In this document: positions 1 through 12,500 of the stretch, one piece after another
Layout: each line of letters begins with the position of its first letter
Position numbering within the stretch: the stretch's first letter is position 1
From: Eledone cirrhosa
Lineage: Eukaryota
Assembly (NCBI GenBank): GCA_964016885.1
Contig: OZ024741.1
Location: 283,836,001-283,900,000 of the forward strand
Direction of reading: 5' to 3'
DNA length: 64,000 bases
Position numbers and translations under genes: made by a program
Notes under the pieces: model-generated
The model's database searches: none
What the model saw: the letters and a program-made list of their open reading frames with translations, nothing else
What the model was told of the DNA's origin: nothing

Positions 1-1057
1 GAAGTGGCCACAAAAATAGATTAGAATATATACCTTCTACTAAAAATACTAAAAACATACAACCTAATATTACCAACAAACACCAAATGAAAAGTACACA
101 CCTAAATGCCACCCACACTATACCCCAAAATACCAAATCTTCTAATATAAAATATAGTAACTCTCAAAAAACTACTCATCATACAACTCTAATAAATATT
201 AATAATAAAACTCCTAATAAAAAAGATAAAACACCTAAATCTACAAATATAACTAAAAATGGTTGTGGTGAGATCATTAACATTAATCCTCCTAGTAAAC
301 ATCACGATACAACCTATAAAAATAATAAAAATAATAAACAACATAGAAACCGTAATAGACGGGTTACTTGGTATAATGCTCCATTTAACTTACAAATTAA
401 GGATAATATTGCTAAAAAATTTTTTTATATCCTAGAGAAAAACTTCCCGCCAAACCACAAATACCATCAAATCTTAAATAGGTCTACAGTTAAATTCTCA
501 TACTCAACAACAAATAACATAAAACAAAATATAAGTGCCTATAATGCATATAATGTAAGAAAACCATAAGTATACCACCAATACATCAAACTAACCATAA
601 TATCTCCTCAAATACAGAATTAACGAAAGGTTGTAACTGTAGAAACAAAGCAAACTGCCCATTAAAAGGGAATTGTCTTGTTAACAACATAGTCTATAAA
701 TGTAATGTTAAAACTAAAGATTCTATTTGCTCATATATAGGAGCTACTTCTAACAATTTTAAGACAAGGTTTAATACCCACAAGAATAGTTTTAAAAATG
801 CCGCACTAGCTAATACAACATCTCTAGCAGAAAAAATCAATAGTTATAAAAATAAGAATATAGAATATGATTTGACCTGGAGTGTGCTCAAAAGAGCCAC
901 CCCTTATCAAAATAATAGAAATGAATGTAGATTATGTTCCCAAGAACTATTTGAAATAATGAAATCTAAGGATATCCTATTAAATAAACGACAGGAATTA
1001 ATTATATCGTGTAATCATAAACTAAAAAAAACATTTAAATATTATAAACCTAATTAA
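1..1057 (+). mobile_element. Penelope-like retroelement, disrupted C-terminal linker and GIY-YIG endonuclease
   Basis: WYNAPFN..NIAKKF..NFPPNHKYHQILNRSTVKFSYS; CNCRNKANCPLKGNCL; IVYKC..YIGATSNNFKTRFNTHK; CRLCSQE..LLNKRQELIISCNH. Confidence 0.85.
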
Positions 1058-2149
1058 TAACATTATTTTAGAAATTAATATATAATTTAATTTAAATGTT
1101 AGTTAACCTATAAATTTAATTTAATTAAAATTCTACTACAGATGAGAATATAAAATATTGTGTAATCATAAATTGTGAAAAACCTTTAAATATTACTAAT
1201 ATATACTTAGTAATTTAATTTATAGATTAATTTTAATTTATTTAACCCTTTATTAAAATTCCTTTACAGATAAAATATAACAAAATATCGTGTATTCAAT
1301 GACAGAGAAATAATTTTTAGTATTATAGACCTAATTAATATACATTTTAGAAATATATTTATAATTTGGTTTTAAATTTAGTCAACCTAAAAATTTAATT
1401 TAATTGGCTTAAAATTAGTATCCTAATACTGACGGATTGCAGAGTGTCATGTAATCATAGAATGGGATGTGTTTTGGATGTATACCTAGTTAATATATTC
1501 TTTGCAATTTTTGAAAAAATATGTATATGTATGTATGTATATGTATATGTATGTATGTATATATATGTGTATATATATATATGTATATATATGTATATGT
1601 ATATGTATTGATTTTGATTTTTGTTTGCATATAATTATATTCTGCTATTGATAAAATACAATATCTGTTTTATTTATTATATACCTAATTAACATATACT
1701 ATAGAAATTAATATATAATTTTTAATTTAGTTAACCTATAATTTATATTCTACTACCGATGTAATACTTTATTTGTTTTTTCCCTATTACTAAATTCATT
1801 TCCTAATATTGATACCATAACGTTAATAATTTTAATTTAGTTATACTATAATTAATACTCTACTACTATTTAACTTCAAAATTCTGCTTCAAATATTATA
1901 AACCTAACTAATTTACACCTTAGAAATCAATATGTTAACTATCTTTAGTTTAGTTAACCTATAATTAATGGTATACTTATATTGAAATGCATAATTTTGC
2001 CTTATTTCTTGCATTTCCTAACACTGAAACTATGTAAAAACATATATTGAGATCCAAATACAGATTAATATTCTATGTTTCTTGAAACATATATTTACTA
2101 TAATCCCCTTCTCCACCCCCCCTTTCCCCCATACTATTATTATCTGTAT

Positions 2150-2266
2150 TTGTAAGCGTATATGTATGAATATATATGTAGGTAGGTGTATATTTGTTTG
2201 GGTGTTTATATCTGAGTATAAAAATACATATATGTGCATGCAAATAAGGATGTATGATTGTATGTC

Positions 2267-2297
<31 letters not shown>

Positions 2298-3167
2298 GTA
2301 TGTATATATATATATATGTATGTGTGTATATATATATGTGTATATATGTATGTGTGTGTGGGCATGTATGTGTGTGTGTATATATATGTGTGTATGTATG
2401 TGTGTGTATATATGTGTATGTATATGTATGTCTCTCTATATATATGTGTATCTTCGTATCTATGTGGGTATATGTGTGTATGTACATGTATGCACATGTA
2501 TATGTTTATGTGTATATGTGTGTATGTGTTTATGTGTACGTGTGCGCACATATATATGTGAGTGTGTGTGTGTGTGTATATATATATGTATGTCTATGTA
2601 TATGTATATATTTGTATGTGTATATATATATATATTATTTATTATTATAATATAACTTATGTGTATATATATATATATGTGAAGGTGTGTATGTGTATAT
2701 ATATATATATGTAAATATATATGTGTATGTGTGTTTTTGTGTGTGTGTATATATATGTATATATGTGTGTATGTATGTGTTTGTATGTGTGTTTAGGGTT
2801 GTATGCGTGTGTGGGTATATATATATATGTATGTATATATATATATATGAGTATATGTATCTCTATTTATGTGTGTATATATGTATATGTATATACCTTT
2901 TTCTTTGTATGTCTGAGTTGTGTGAGAGTGTAGTGGTGTTTGTATGTATATACGCATATATGGATGCGTATGTATTTGTATATATGCGTATATGTAAGTG
3001 CGTATGTGTGTGTGAATATATATCTATGTCTATGTATGAGTATGTATGTGTGTGTATGTATGTGTGTTGTGTATGTATGTATGTGTGTATGTGTGTATAT
3101 ATATGTGTGTATATGTATGTATGTATGTGTATGTATGTATGTATGTATGTGTATGTATATGTATATA

Positions 3168-3204
<37 letters not shown>

Positions 3205-3342
3205 TATATATGTGTGTATGTGTATGTGTGTATATATATCTTTATATATGTGTATGTGTATGTATGTGTAGGTGTGTGTGTGTGTGTGACTATATATGTA
3301 TGTGTGTGTATGTGTATGTATGTATGTGTATGTGTGTGTACA

Positions 3343-3391
<49 letters not shown>

Positions 3392-3619
3392 GTATATGTA
3401 TATATATATGTATATGTATCTCTATTTATGTGTGTATATGTGTATATGTATATACCTTTTTCTTTGTATGTCTGAGTTGTATGAGAGTGTAGTGGTGTTT
3501 GTATGTATATACGGATATATGGATGCGTATGTATTTGTATATATGCGTATATGTAAGTGCGTATGTGTGTGTGAATATATATCTATGTCTATGTATGAAT
3601 ATGTATGTGTGTGTATGTA

Positions 3620-3650
<31 letters not shown>

Positions 3651-3733
3651 CTATATGTATATGTGTGTATATATATGTATGTATGTGTATGTCTGTATGT
3701 ATATAAGTATGTATGTGTATGTATATGTGCGTG

Positions 3734-3766
<33 letters not shown>

Positions 3767-3890
3767 ATATATGTGTGTGTGTATATATGTATATATGTGT
3801 GTATATATATATATATGTATGTGTGTATATGTGTGTGTATATATATATGTATACGTTTATATATGTGTGTGTGTGTGTGTTGTATGTGTG

Positions 3891-3926
<36 letters not shown>

Positions 3927-4260
3927 CTTGATATATTTCTTTTTTCTTTTTCTTTTCTTTTCTTTTTTATTTCTAAGTTTATAGATACATCTATAAATAA
4001 GCAGTCTGCCGAAACCGTTGAACACTGACCTCTCCCCCCCCCCTCCCACCTAATTTCTGTATCTTGATCTAAATGTGTGTGGCAGTGTTTATGTGCGTGC
4101 ATTAATATCCATATGCTTATGATAATGCTATATCCACATATATATGTGTGTGGGGGTGTGTGTGTGTATGTATGTTCGTAATTATGTGTATGTTTATGCA
4201 TATACGCGCGTGTGTGTGTGAGTGTACGGATATGTGTGAGTATGTGAATATGTGTATACA
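2150..4260. repeat. Compound (TA)n/(TG)n/(TATG)n microsatellite field with an internal ~560-bp tandem duplication (about 2855-3060 vs 3415-3620)
   Basis: Direct reading; source of the YIYI/CVCV ORFs. Confidence 0.95.
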
Positions 4261-4530
4261 TTTATTTCATATTTATGTATCTATACGCATTTTATCTGTG
4301 GATTATAAACTTACAGAGACATTAGCCTTTAATTTTTGTATTTGCATACATCTTTTTGGTAGCGTATGCATGTGAGCATATATCTTTGTATAAATATGTG
4401 TACGAAGTTAATTACATGTATATACACACACCAAACTGCATAAAATTTTTTGTATTTTCATTGGTCAATTTGAACTCCGTTCCCAAACGGACCTGAAATT
4501 TTGAATTGTTGTTATTATCAATAAATATAT

Positions 4531-4685
4531 TTCATTATTTCTGAAGACGGCATATATGTGTGTTTGGTATGTATATTTAATCTTGATAGTTTGTATAATT
4601 TTGTATAATTTTGTACATAGATCTGTTGAATATGCATGCCAATTCTAACACATATATATCCTAGAAACGATCGTTAAATAATGAA
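4531..4685 (+). ncRNA. Type I hammerhead ribozyme motif, probably in the pseudo-LTR of the upstream Penelope-like element
   Basis: 10-bp stem I TTCATTATTT/AAATAATGAA, CTGAAGA (4541-4547), long stem II, GAAA-CGATCG-TT palindromic stem III. Confidence 0.7.
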
Positions 4686-4878
4686 CTTTTTTTGTGTAAT
4701 ATAAGGAACTGTTTCATTGTTTTATTCATTATTTTTTTAATATTTTATCTTGACTCTGTATTCCGTTTATCTTTCACCGAAAGTGATTTTTCATTGCATC
4801 TCTTCTTTCCATGATATCCGGAATACATTGAGTTCTTCATACGGATTGGACACTACCGTAAACTCTTGGTAGATTTAT

Positions 4879-4910
<32 letters not shown>

Positions 4911-5029
4911 GCGTAGATTAGAAAGAAACGAAGCCTGCATGCTCTGATGGATGTGTAATAGTAATATACGCGAACGGCAAAGCATAAATGAATTGAGAGA
5001 GAGACTGAGCATAATTGGAATCAAATGCT

Positions 5030-5576
5030 GTGTGCAGGAGAGGTGGTTGCATTGGTATGGACATGTGATGCGTATGAAGGATCACAACTGCATAAAAAGG
5101 TGCAGAGCACTAGAAGTCGATTGAAACCGTGGAGTGGGGAGACCCAAGAAGACCTGGGATGAGGTGATAAAAGCCGACCTAACCCAATTACACTTCTCAA
5201 AGGCAATGACACACATCCGTGACCTCTGGCATCACGCAGTAATACAGAAGACTTGACTCCCCACGGGTACAAGCCGAAGCTGAAGTACATAGACAATATG
5301 CCCCACTGCAAAGTGGTCGTGGAGGTGCCACGGAAAAAACGCACCCAACCCACACTGTAAAGTGGACGTGTAGGCGCCACGGAAAAAAAGCACCCAGCAC
5401 TCACTGTAAATGAGGTTGGTGTTAGGAAGGGCGTCCAGCTGTAGAAATTAAGCCAGAATCAGTTCCCGTATGAGCAAGACAAGGTCAGCCGACCGGACAC
5501 TGCCCACAACAGCACAACCCGTCTAACCTATGCTAGCGTGAAAGAACGGACGTAAAACGGTGATGATGATGATGAT
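5030..5576 (+). mobile_element. RTE-clade LINE 3' fragment with (GAT)n tail
   Basis: RLHWYGHVMRM...GRPKKTWDEVIKADL C-terminal motif; 3' UTR shared with SINE at 38215-38548. Confidence 0.8.
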
Positions 5577-5642
5577 ATATAAATACAGATACACACATTT
5601 AATAACAACAGCAGGCTGGACTGGAAACATTCTTTGAAGTTT

Positions 5643-5835
5643 TAATTTTGAAAAAACACTATACGTATTTCGATGGCCCAGTTTCATCATTTGTTCATGA
5701 TGTAAGACTTAGGCAATTTCATCAGGTGTGGATTGCAAAATTAGTTATATAAAATAACAGGATTACAGCAAACACAAACAGAGAATAAAGGATGTATTTG
5801 GTTCGGAGATGGCTTACCAACTCAGTGCTATTGTA
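5643..5835 (-). repeat. Left arm of a ~190-bp inverted repeat (partner 9186-9370) containing a hammerhead-like motif on the minus strand
   Basis: Reverse complement aligns to 9186-9370; CTGATGA...CGAAATACGTATAGTGT. Confidence 0.8.
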
Positions 5836-7250
5836 ATAATAATAATAATGAAATTATTGTGTAAAGTGCTCAGGTGCACTACAACTCATCAAAGGTGCAT
5901 GTATAGTACATAGAATAATATACAAATGTCAGGGAAGTGAATAGTGTATGAGTCATGATATACATGTGTGTATGTGTATGGAGGGGGAACATTAGGTGTA
6001 GTGTTGGCGAATCTTGGGAAGCATGGAGGTTTTAAAGGATGCAGTGTCTCGACAGCTAACAACTGATACAGGTAGTTTGATCCATGCTTCAGCAACTCTG
6101 AGCATGAAAAAATGTTTCCGAAAGTCATGGGAACTGTGCTGTTTTCTGACTTTGTGGGCATGTCCACGTGTGTTAGACACATGGAAATCAAAAAGGTACT
6201 CAAGGTTGTTGTTGGCAAGATGGTTAACAATTTGTGGGTGTTTACCAAGTCAGTTACCAGGCGTTGGAGCTTCAATGTATCCATGCCCAGGGAAGCAAGG
6301 CATTCAGAGTATGGTAGATACCTGATGGTGGGTATTCGCTTGGTTGCACGTCTCTGAACAGTTTCCAGGTGGTCAATGTTCTGAGCAAGATAGGGATTCC
6401 AGACTGGTGATGCAAATTCTAAGTGTGGCCGCACCATAGCCATGTACATACTTAAATAGATAGCTGGAGAGCGGCTGACAAAGGTCTTGCTGAGTGATGC
6501 TAAGACACCCTCAGCTCTCTTGACAATTTTAGAGATGTGCTTCGTCCAACGCAAATCGCTGCTGACCGTAATGCCCAGGTCACGTTCACAAGAGGAGTTC
6601 TTGATATTAGTGCTGTGGAGGGAGTAAGTGGATGCTGGGTTTTTACTCCCAAAATGCATGGTGGTGCACCTGTCCACAGCTAGCTTGAGTTGCCAGTCTG
6701 AGATCCATTATTGCATTGTGTCCAGGTCAGACTGCAAGCAAGATCTATAGTGTTCAGGATCTGTCCTTTTTATCTCAAGGTACAGCTTGATGTCATCTGC
6801 GTACTTTAGTACTGTAGCATTCTTTAAGTTGGCATCTATGTCATTAATATATGCCACAAACAAAAGGGGGCCAAGAACAGATCCCTGTGGTACACCAGAT
6901 GACATCTCATATGGTGAGGAATGCTGTCCCAGAACCGTGACTACCTCTCTTCGACTGAGAATGAAGGACTTCAATCAATGAAAAAGATCATCCTTCACAC
7001 CCATTGCAGAGAGTTTTGCCATAAGCCTTTTGTGTGGCACAGAATTGAAAGCTTTCGCAAAGTCAAGGTAAACAGCATCCACCCATGAGCCACCATCAGT
7101 GATCCGGGTGATGTCTTCAAGAAACTCGATAAGTTGATCACAGCAGCTGGAGTTGGGGATAAATTCAAATTGCAATCCAAATTGCAAACCATTCCTGAAT
7201 GACACTCATGCAACAATGCTAGGCATTGTGGACTGGTAGATGTGATAAAG
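5833..7250 (-). mobile_element. CR1/L2-group LINE, degenerate reverse transcriptase and 3' end with (TTA)n tail
   Basis: VDAVYLDFAKAFNSVPH, GVPQGSVLGPLLF, KYADD, ERDLGI, VRPHLEFASPVWNP, LETVQRRATK. Confidence 0.9.
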
Positions 7251-9185
7251 CGGGGGTTGGGTGCTGTTAGGTGGTGACAGAAATTCTACTGTCCCAAGAA
7301 AATGCCACTCATCAATCAGAACCAAGCATTCCACTGTTACAAAAGGTCAGGGGTACTAAACTTTGTGTCAGCAGACACTGGCTGAAAACCAGTGTAGCGT
7401 GATGGTGGAAATTTAAAGGGATATAAGTGATATAAAAGTGTACAAGATTATAGGAATTGTATAAAATAATAAAAAGTTATAAAATTATAAAACATTATAA
7501 AATTAACAAAAATTATAAAAATTTCAAAACAATCATAAAAATTAGGGGTGAGTGTTTCGTTAATTAAATTAAGAAAAATGAATTAAAAAAAAGGAAATAA
7601 GAGAAGATAAATTGTGAAGAAATATAAATATTAAAGTCTTGATAGTGAACTGTTACAAAGGAGGGTAATTAAAATCTTAATGTAAAAGATTCACTAAAAG
7701 TAAATAATTGAATGATTGAGGGGTAATCAAACTATTTCACGCATATATTTGTTTACATTGTGGAAGAAAAAGGCAAATGTGATTTGGCGTACCCATGAAA
7801 CTGACGTAACAGTCCTCCTCATCTCTGCAAAGTCTAAAACAATAGGTTACTAATGACTAAGTATATTGAAATAGTGAAGGGAGGGGAAAATGAATGAATT
7901 AATTAATTCCAAGCACTCAATGTATAGAACCGAATTTCATGTTACTCAGAGGGCCACAAGTGGTCAATTGATGGCTTAATGCATGCCAGATAATGTTAAC
8001 ATTACTAACAATAATGATATGATGATAGCTAGATAACACATTACCTATTATTTTTCTGTCTATGGTACTGTAGATTAAATGGTAGAGATAACTAATTATA
8101 TATAACTATACTTAGGTAGAAAATGCAAGTACATAGTTGAAAATAAAATAAGCAATTACATAGAATAAAATTGAAATTAAAATCAAATTAAATTGGTAGC
8201 TATTATTGAATAGATGGCGTCATTTAATGTTAAATTACATTTGGAATATACTATGGGATGTAACATAATGTAATTAACTTAATTATATGCTATAAGATGA
8301 AATAGGAAAAATATAAACGTATAAAAATAAGGTGCCGATTTAGTTATAATATAAATGAACTATAATGAAAATTAAGAAGTAAATAAATTACAGGGTGGAT
8401 AATTAAATGTTTAATCTAGCTAGGAAGTAAGAGAGGTGGCAAAAAACAATTGATAATTGATATATAACACAATACATAGTTGAAGAAAGTCAGTCATTAG
8501 CTAGGTATGTGAAATCATAATTATACATGTTACACATGAATTATATCATAACCATTAAACTATAGAGTAAGGTATACTCCTCCTATATAAGTAATGTATA
8601 TACTACTAAAACTCTATGATTGTGTGCTTGGCTGTAATTTAGTACAACCAAAACGGCACATAATGGGAAAATACTTGAAAGGAGGTTGCTCCTGAAATGG
8701 GAATACAAATGGAATAAAACAAGTTTCGAATAAATCGGAGCATGGGTTCCCGAGATACATGGTTTTTCTGGGTACCTTAATGAATAGTGAGAGAGAAAGA
8801 TAGAAAGAAAGTGATAGTGGTTGTGAGAGAGTAGATTGAAAGAGAGACATAGAGAGAGAGAGAAGGAGACAGAGAAAGAAAAACGAAGAGAGAAAGAGAG
8901 AGCTGGTGGTGTTGTTGAATGAAATTATAACACACACGTATATATATGGGCCTTCCAATTTCGTTTTACATTATATACATGTCTGTGTATATTTTAATTA
9001 TTTAAAAATTATTTTTAAGTGAACATGATTTTAAAAAAATATTTTTAGGTGTACGTGACCCGTTGGGTCATGGTTGGTCTAATATAATATAAAATCAAAA
9101 TCACATAAAATCAAATGAAATGTAATGTAAGGTATAAAATGTAACACTCAAAATAAATACCTGATAAACATTAAACATGGTTTTC

Positions 9186-9370
9186 CATTACAATAAGAGG
9201 CCACTCCTAAAACAAATATATCCTCTATTTTCTGTTTGTGTTTGCTGTAATCCTGTTATCTTATATAAATAATTTTGCAATCCACACCTGATGAAATCAC
9301 CTAAGTCTTAAATTAGGAACAGATGATGAAACTGGGCCATTGAAATACGTATAGTGTTTTCACAAAATTA
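9186..9370 (+). ncRNA. Right arm of inverted repeat with type I hammerhead-like motif (core 9284-9357)
   Basis: ACAC-CTGATGA ... GAAA-TACGTA-TA-GTGT, with outer AATTTTG/CAAAATT pairing. Confidence 0.6.
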
Positions 9371-9394
9371 TACTCAGCAATAAATGATACTCAC

Positions 9395-9556
9395 TCATGG
9401 AAAGATTTTCTCCATACAGCCTTATTGTACATTGGCTGTTTTTATTTAAGATCTTAACCATGTTTCCCTTAATGGGTGAATGACATTTGACATCATTACC
9501 ATCTGGGATAAATGAGGCACACTCCTGTAGTTGTTCTTGATATCCTATTTGAACAT
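9395..9556 (-). CDS. Module 1 exon A (162 nt): DVQIGYQEQLQECASFIPDGNDVKCHSPIKGNMVKILNKNSQCTIRLYGENLSM; last visible exon
   Basis: tttttcaacag acceptor, GTGAGT donor, open frame; not in the ORF track. Confidence 0.88.
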
Positions 9557-9599
9557 CTGTTGAAAAAAATAATATTGAATGATGTCGATGAAAACAATG

Positions 9600-12500
9600 G
9601 TTGTTATTGTGAGTGTTGTGGTAGCAGAGAGACGGGAGGTGTTATTGTGAAGGTAGTGGCAACAGGTAGAGAGGGTGTTATTGTGAGGGTAGTGGTAACA
9701 GTGAGAGAGAGGTTGTTATAGGGAGGTAGTGGTAGCAGATATAGAGAGAGAGGTTGTTATAGGGAGGTAGGGGTAACAGATAGAGAGGGTGTTATTGTGA
9801 GTGTTGTGACAACAGAGAGGGAGAGGCTGTTATTGTGAGGTAGTGGTAACAGATAGAGAGGGTGTTATTGTGAGGTAGTGGTAACAGAGAGAGGAGGTGT
9901 TATTGTGAGGTAGTGGTAACATATAGAGAGGTGGTGTTATTGTGAGGTAGTGGTAACAGATAGAGAGGTGGTGTTATTGTGAGGTAGTGGTAACAGATAG
10001 AGAGGGTGTTATTGTGAGGTAGTGATAACAGAGAGAGAGGTTGTTATTGTGAGGTAGTGGTAACAGAGAGAGGAGGTGTTATTGTGAGGTAGTGGTAACA
10101 TATAGAGAGGTGGTGTTATTGTGAGGTAGTGGTAACATATAGAGAGGTGGTGTTATTGTGAGGTAGTGGTAACAGAGAGAGGAGGTGTTATTGTGAGGTA
10201 GTGGTAACAGAGAGAGGAGGTGTTATTGTGAGGTAGTGGTAACAGATAGAGAGGGTGTTATTGTGAGGTAGTGGTAACAGATAGAGGAGGTGTTATTGTG
10301 AGGTAGTGGTAACAGATAGAGAGGGTGTTATTGTGAGGTAGTGGTAACAGATAGAGAGGTGGTGTTATTGTGAGGTAGTGGTAACAGATAGAGAGGGTGT
10401 TATTGTGAGGTAGTGGTAACAGATAGAGAGGTGGTGTTATTGTGAGGTAGTGGTAACAGAGAGAGGAGGTGTTATTGTGAGGTAGTGGTAACAGAGAGAG
10501 GAGGTGTTATTGTGAGGTAGTGGTAACAGATAGAGAGGGTGTTATTGTGAGGTAGTGGTAACAGATAGAGAGGTGGTGTTATTGTGAGGTAGTGGTAACA
10601 GATAGAGAGGGTGTTATTGTGAGGTAGTGGTAACAGATAGAGAGGTGGTGTTATTGTGAGGTAGTGGTAACAGAGAGAGGAGGTGTTATTGTGAGGTAGT
10701 GGTAACAGAGAGAGGAGGTGTTATTGTGAGGTAGTGGTAACAGATAGAGAGGTGGTGTTATTGTGAGGTAGTGGTAACAGAGAGAGGAGGTGTTATTGTG
10801 AGGTAGTGGTAACAGATAGAGAGGTGGTGTTATTGTGAGGTAGTGGTAACAGATAGAGAGGTGGTGTTATTGTGAGGTAGTGGTAACAGAGAGAGGAGGT
10901 GTTATTGTGAGGTAGTGGTAACAGATAGAGAGGTGGTGTTATTGTGAGGTAGTGGTAACAGAGAGAGGAGGTGTTATTGTGAGGTAGTGGTAACAGAGAG
11001 AGGAGGTGTTATTGTGAGGTAGTGGTAACAGAGAGAGGAGGTGTTATTGTGAGGTAGTGGTAACAGATAGAGAGGTGGTGTTATTGTGAGGTAGTGGTAA
11101 CAGAGAGAGGAGGTGTTATTGTGAGGTAGTGGTAACAGATAGAGAGGTGTTATTGTGAGGTAGTGGTAACAGAGAGAGGAGGTGTTATTGTGAGGTAGTG
11201 GTAACAGAGAGAGGAGGTGTTATTGTGAGGTAGTGGTAACAGAGAGAGGAGGTGTTATTGTGAGGTAGTGGTAACAGATAGAGAGGGTGTTATTGTGAGG
11301 TAGTGGTAACAGATAGAGAGGTGGTGTTATTGTGAGGTAGTGGTAACAGAGAGAAGAGGTGTTATTGTGAGGTAGTGGTAACAGATAGAGAGGGTGTTAT
11401 TGTGAGGTAGTGGTAACAGAGAGAGGAGGTGTTATTGTGAGGTAGTGGTAACAGATAGAGAGGGTGTTATTGTGAGGTAGTGGTAACAGATAGAGAGGTG
11501 GTGTTATTGTGAGGTAGTGGTAACAGAGAGAAGAGGTGTTATTGTGAGGTAGTGGTAACAGATAGAGAGGGTGTTATTGTGAGGTAGTGGTAACAGAGAG
11601 AGGAGGTGTTATTGTGAGGTAGTGGTAACAGATAGAGAGGGTGTTATTGTGAGGTAGTGGTAACAGAGAGAGGAGGTGTTATTGTGAGGTAGTGGTAACA
11701 GAGAGAGGAGGTGTTATTGTGAGGTAGTGGTAACAGATAGAGAGGTGGTGTTATTGTGAGGTAGTGGTAACAGATAGAGAGGTGGTGTTATTGTGAGGTA
11801 GTGGTAACAGATAGAGAGAGGTGTTATTGTGAGGTAGTGGTAACAGAGAGAGGAGGTGTTATTGTGAGGTAGTGGTAACAGATAGAGAGAGGTGTTATTG
11901 TGAGGTAGTGGTAACAGAGAGAGAGAGGTTGATATTGTGAGGTAGTGGTAACAGAGAGAGGAGGTGTTATTGTGAGGTAGTGGTAACAGAGAGAGGAGGT
12001 GTTATTGTGAGGTAGTGGTAACAGATAGAGAGGTGGTGTTATTGTGAGGTAGTGGTAACAGATAGAGAGGTGGTGTTATTGTGAGGTAGTGGTAACAGAT
12101 AGAGAGGGTGTTATTGTGAGGTAGTGGTAACAGAGAGAGAGGTGGTGTTATTGTGAGGTAGTGGTAACAGATAGAGAGGTGGTGTTATTGTGAGGTAGTG
12201 GTAACAGATAGAGAGGTGGTGTTATTGTGAGGTAGTGGTAACAGATAGAGAGGTGGTGTTATTGTGAGGTAGTGGTAACAGATAGAGAGGTGGTGTTATT
12301 GTGAGGTAGTGGTAACAGATAGAGAGGGTGTTATTGTGAGGTAGTGGTAACAGAGAGAGAGGTGGTGTTATTGTGAGGTAGTGGTAACAGATAGAGAGGT
12401 GGTGTTATTGTGAGGTAGTGGTAACAGATAGAGAGGTGGTGTTATTGTGAGGTAGTGGTAACAGAGAGAAGAGGTGTTATTGTGAGGTAGTGGTAACAGA

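Noticed and set aside
2030-4375. Long YIYI/CVCV/THTH ORFs
   Set aside because: Translations of TA/TG microsatellites
8639-8691. Possible terminal exon after A1 (cccatttcag|GAGCAACC..., RATSFQVFSHYVPFWLY*)
   Set aside because: No homology support; lies inside the inverted-repeat unit next to a transposon-like AAGTTTCGAATAAATCGG motif; cannot be supported without RNA data
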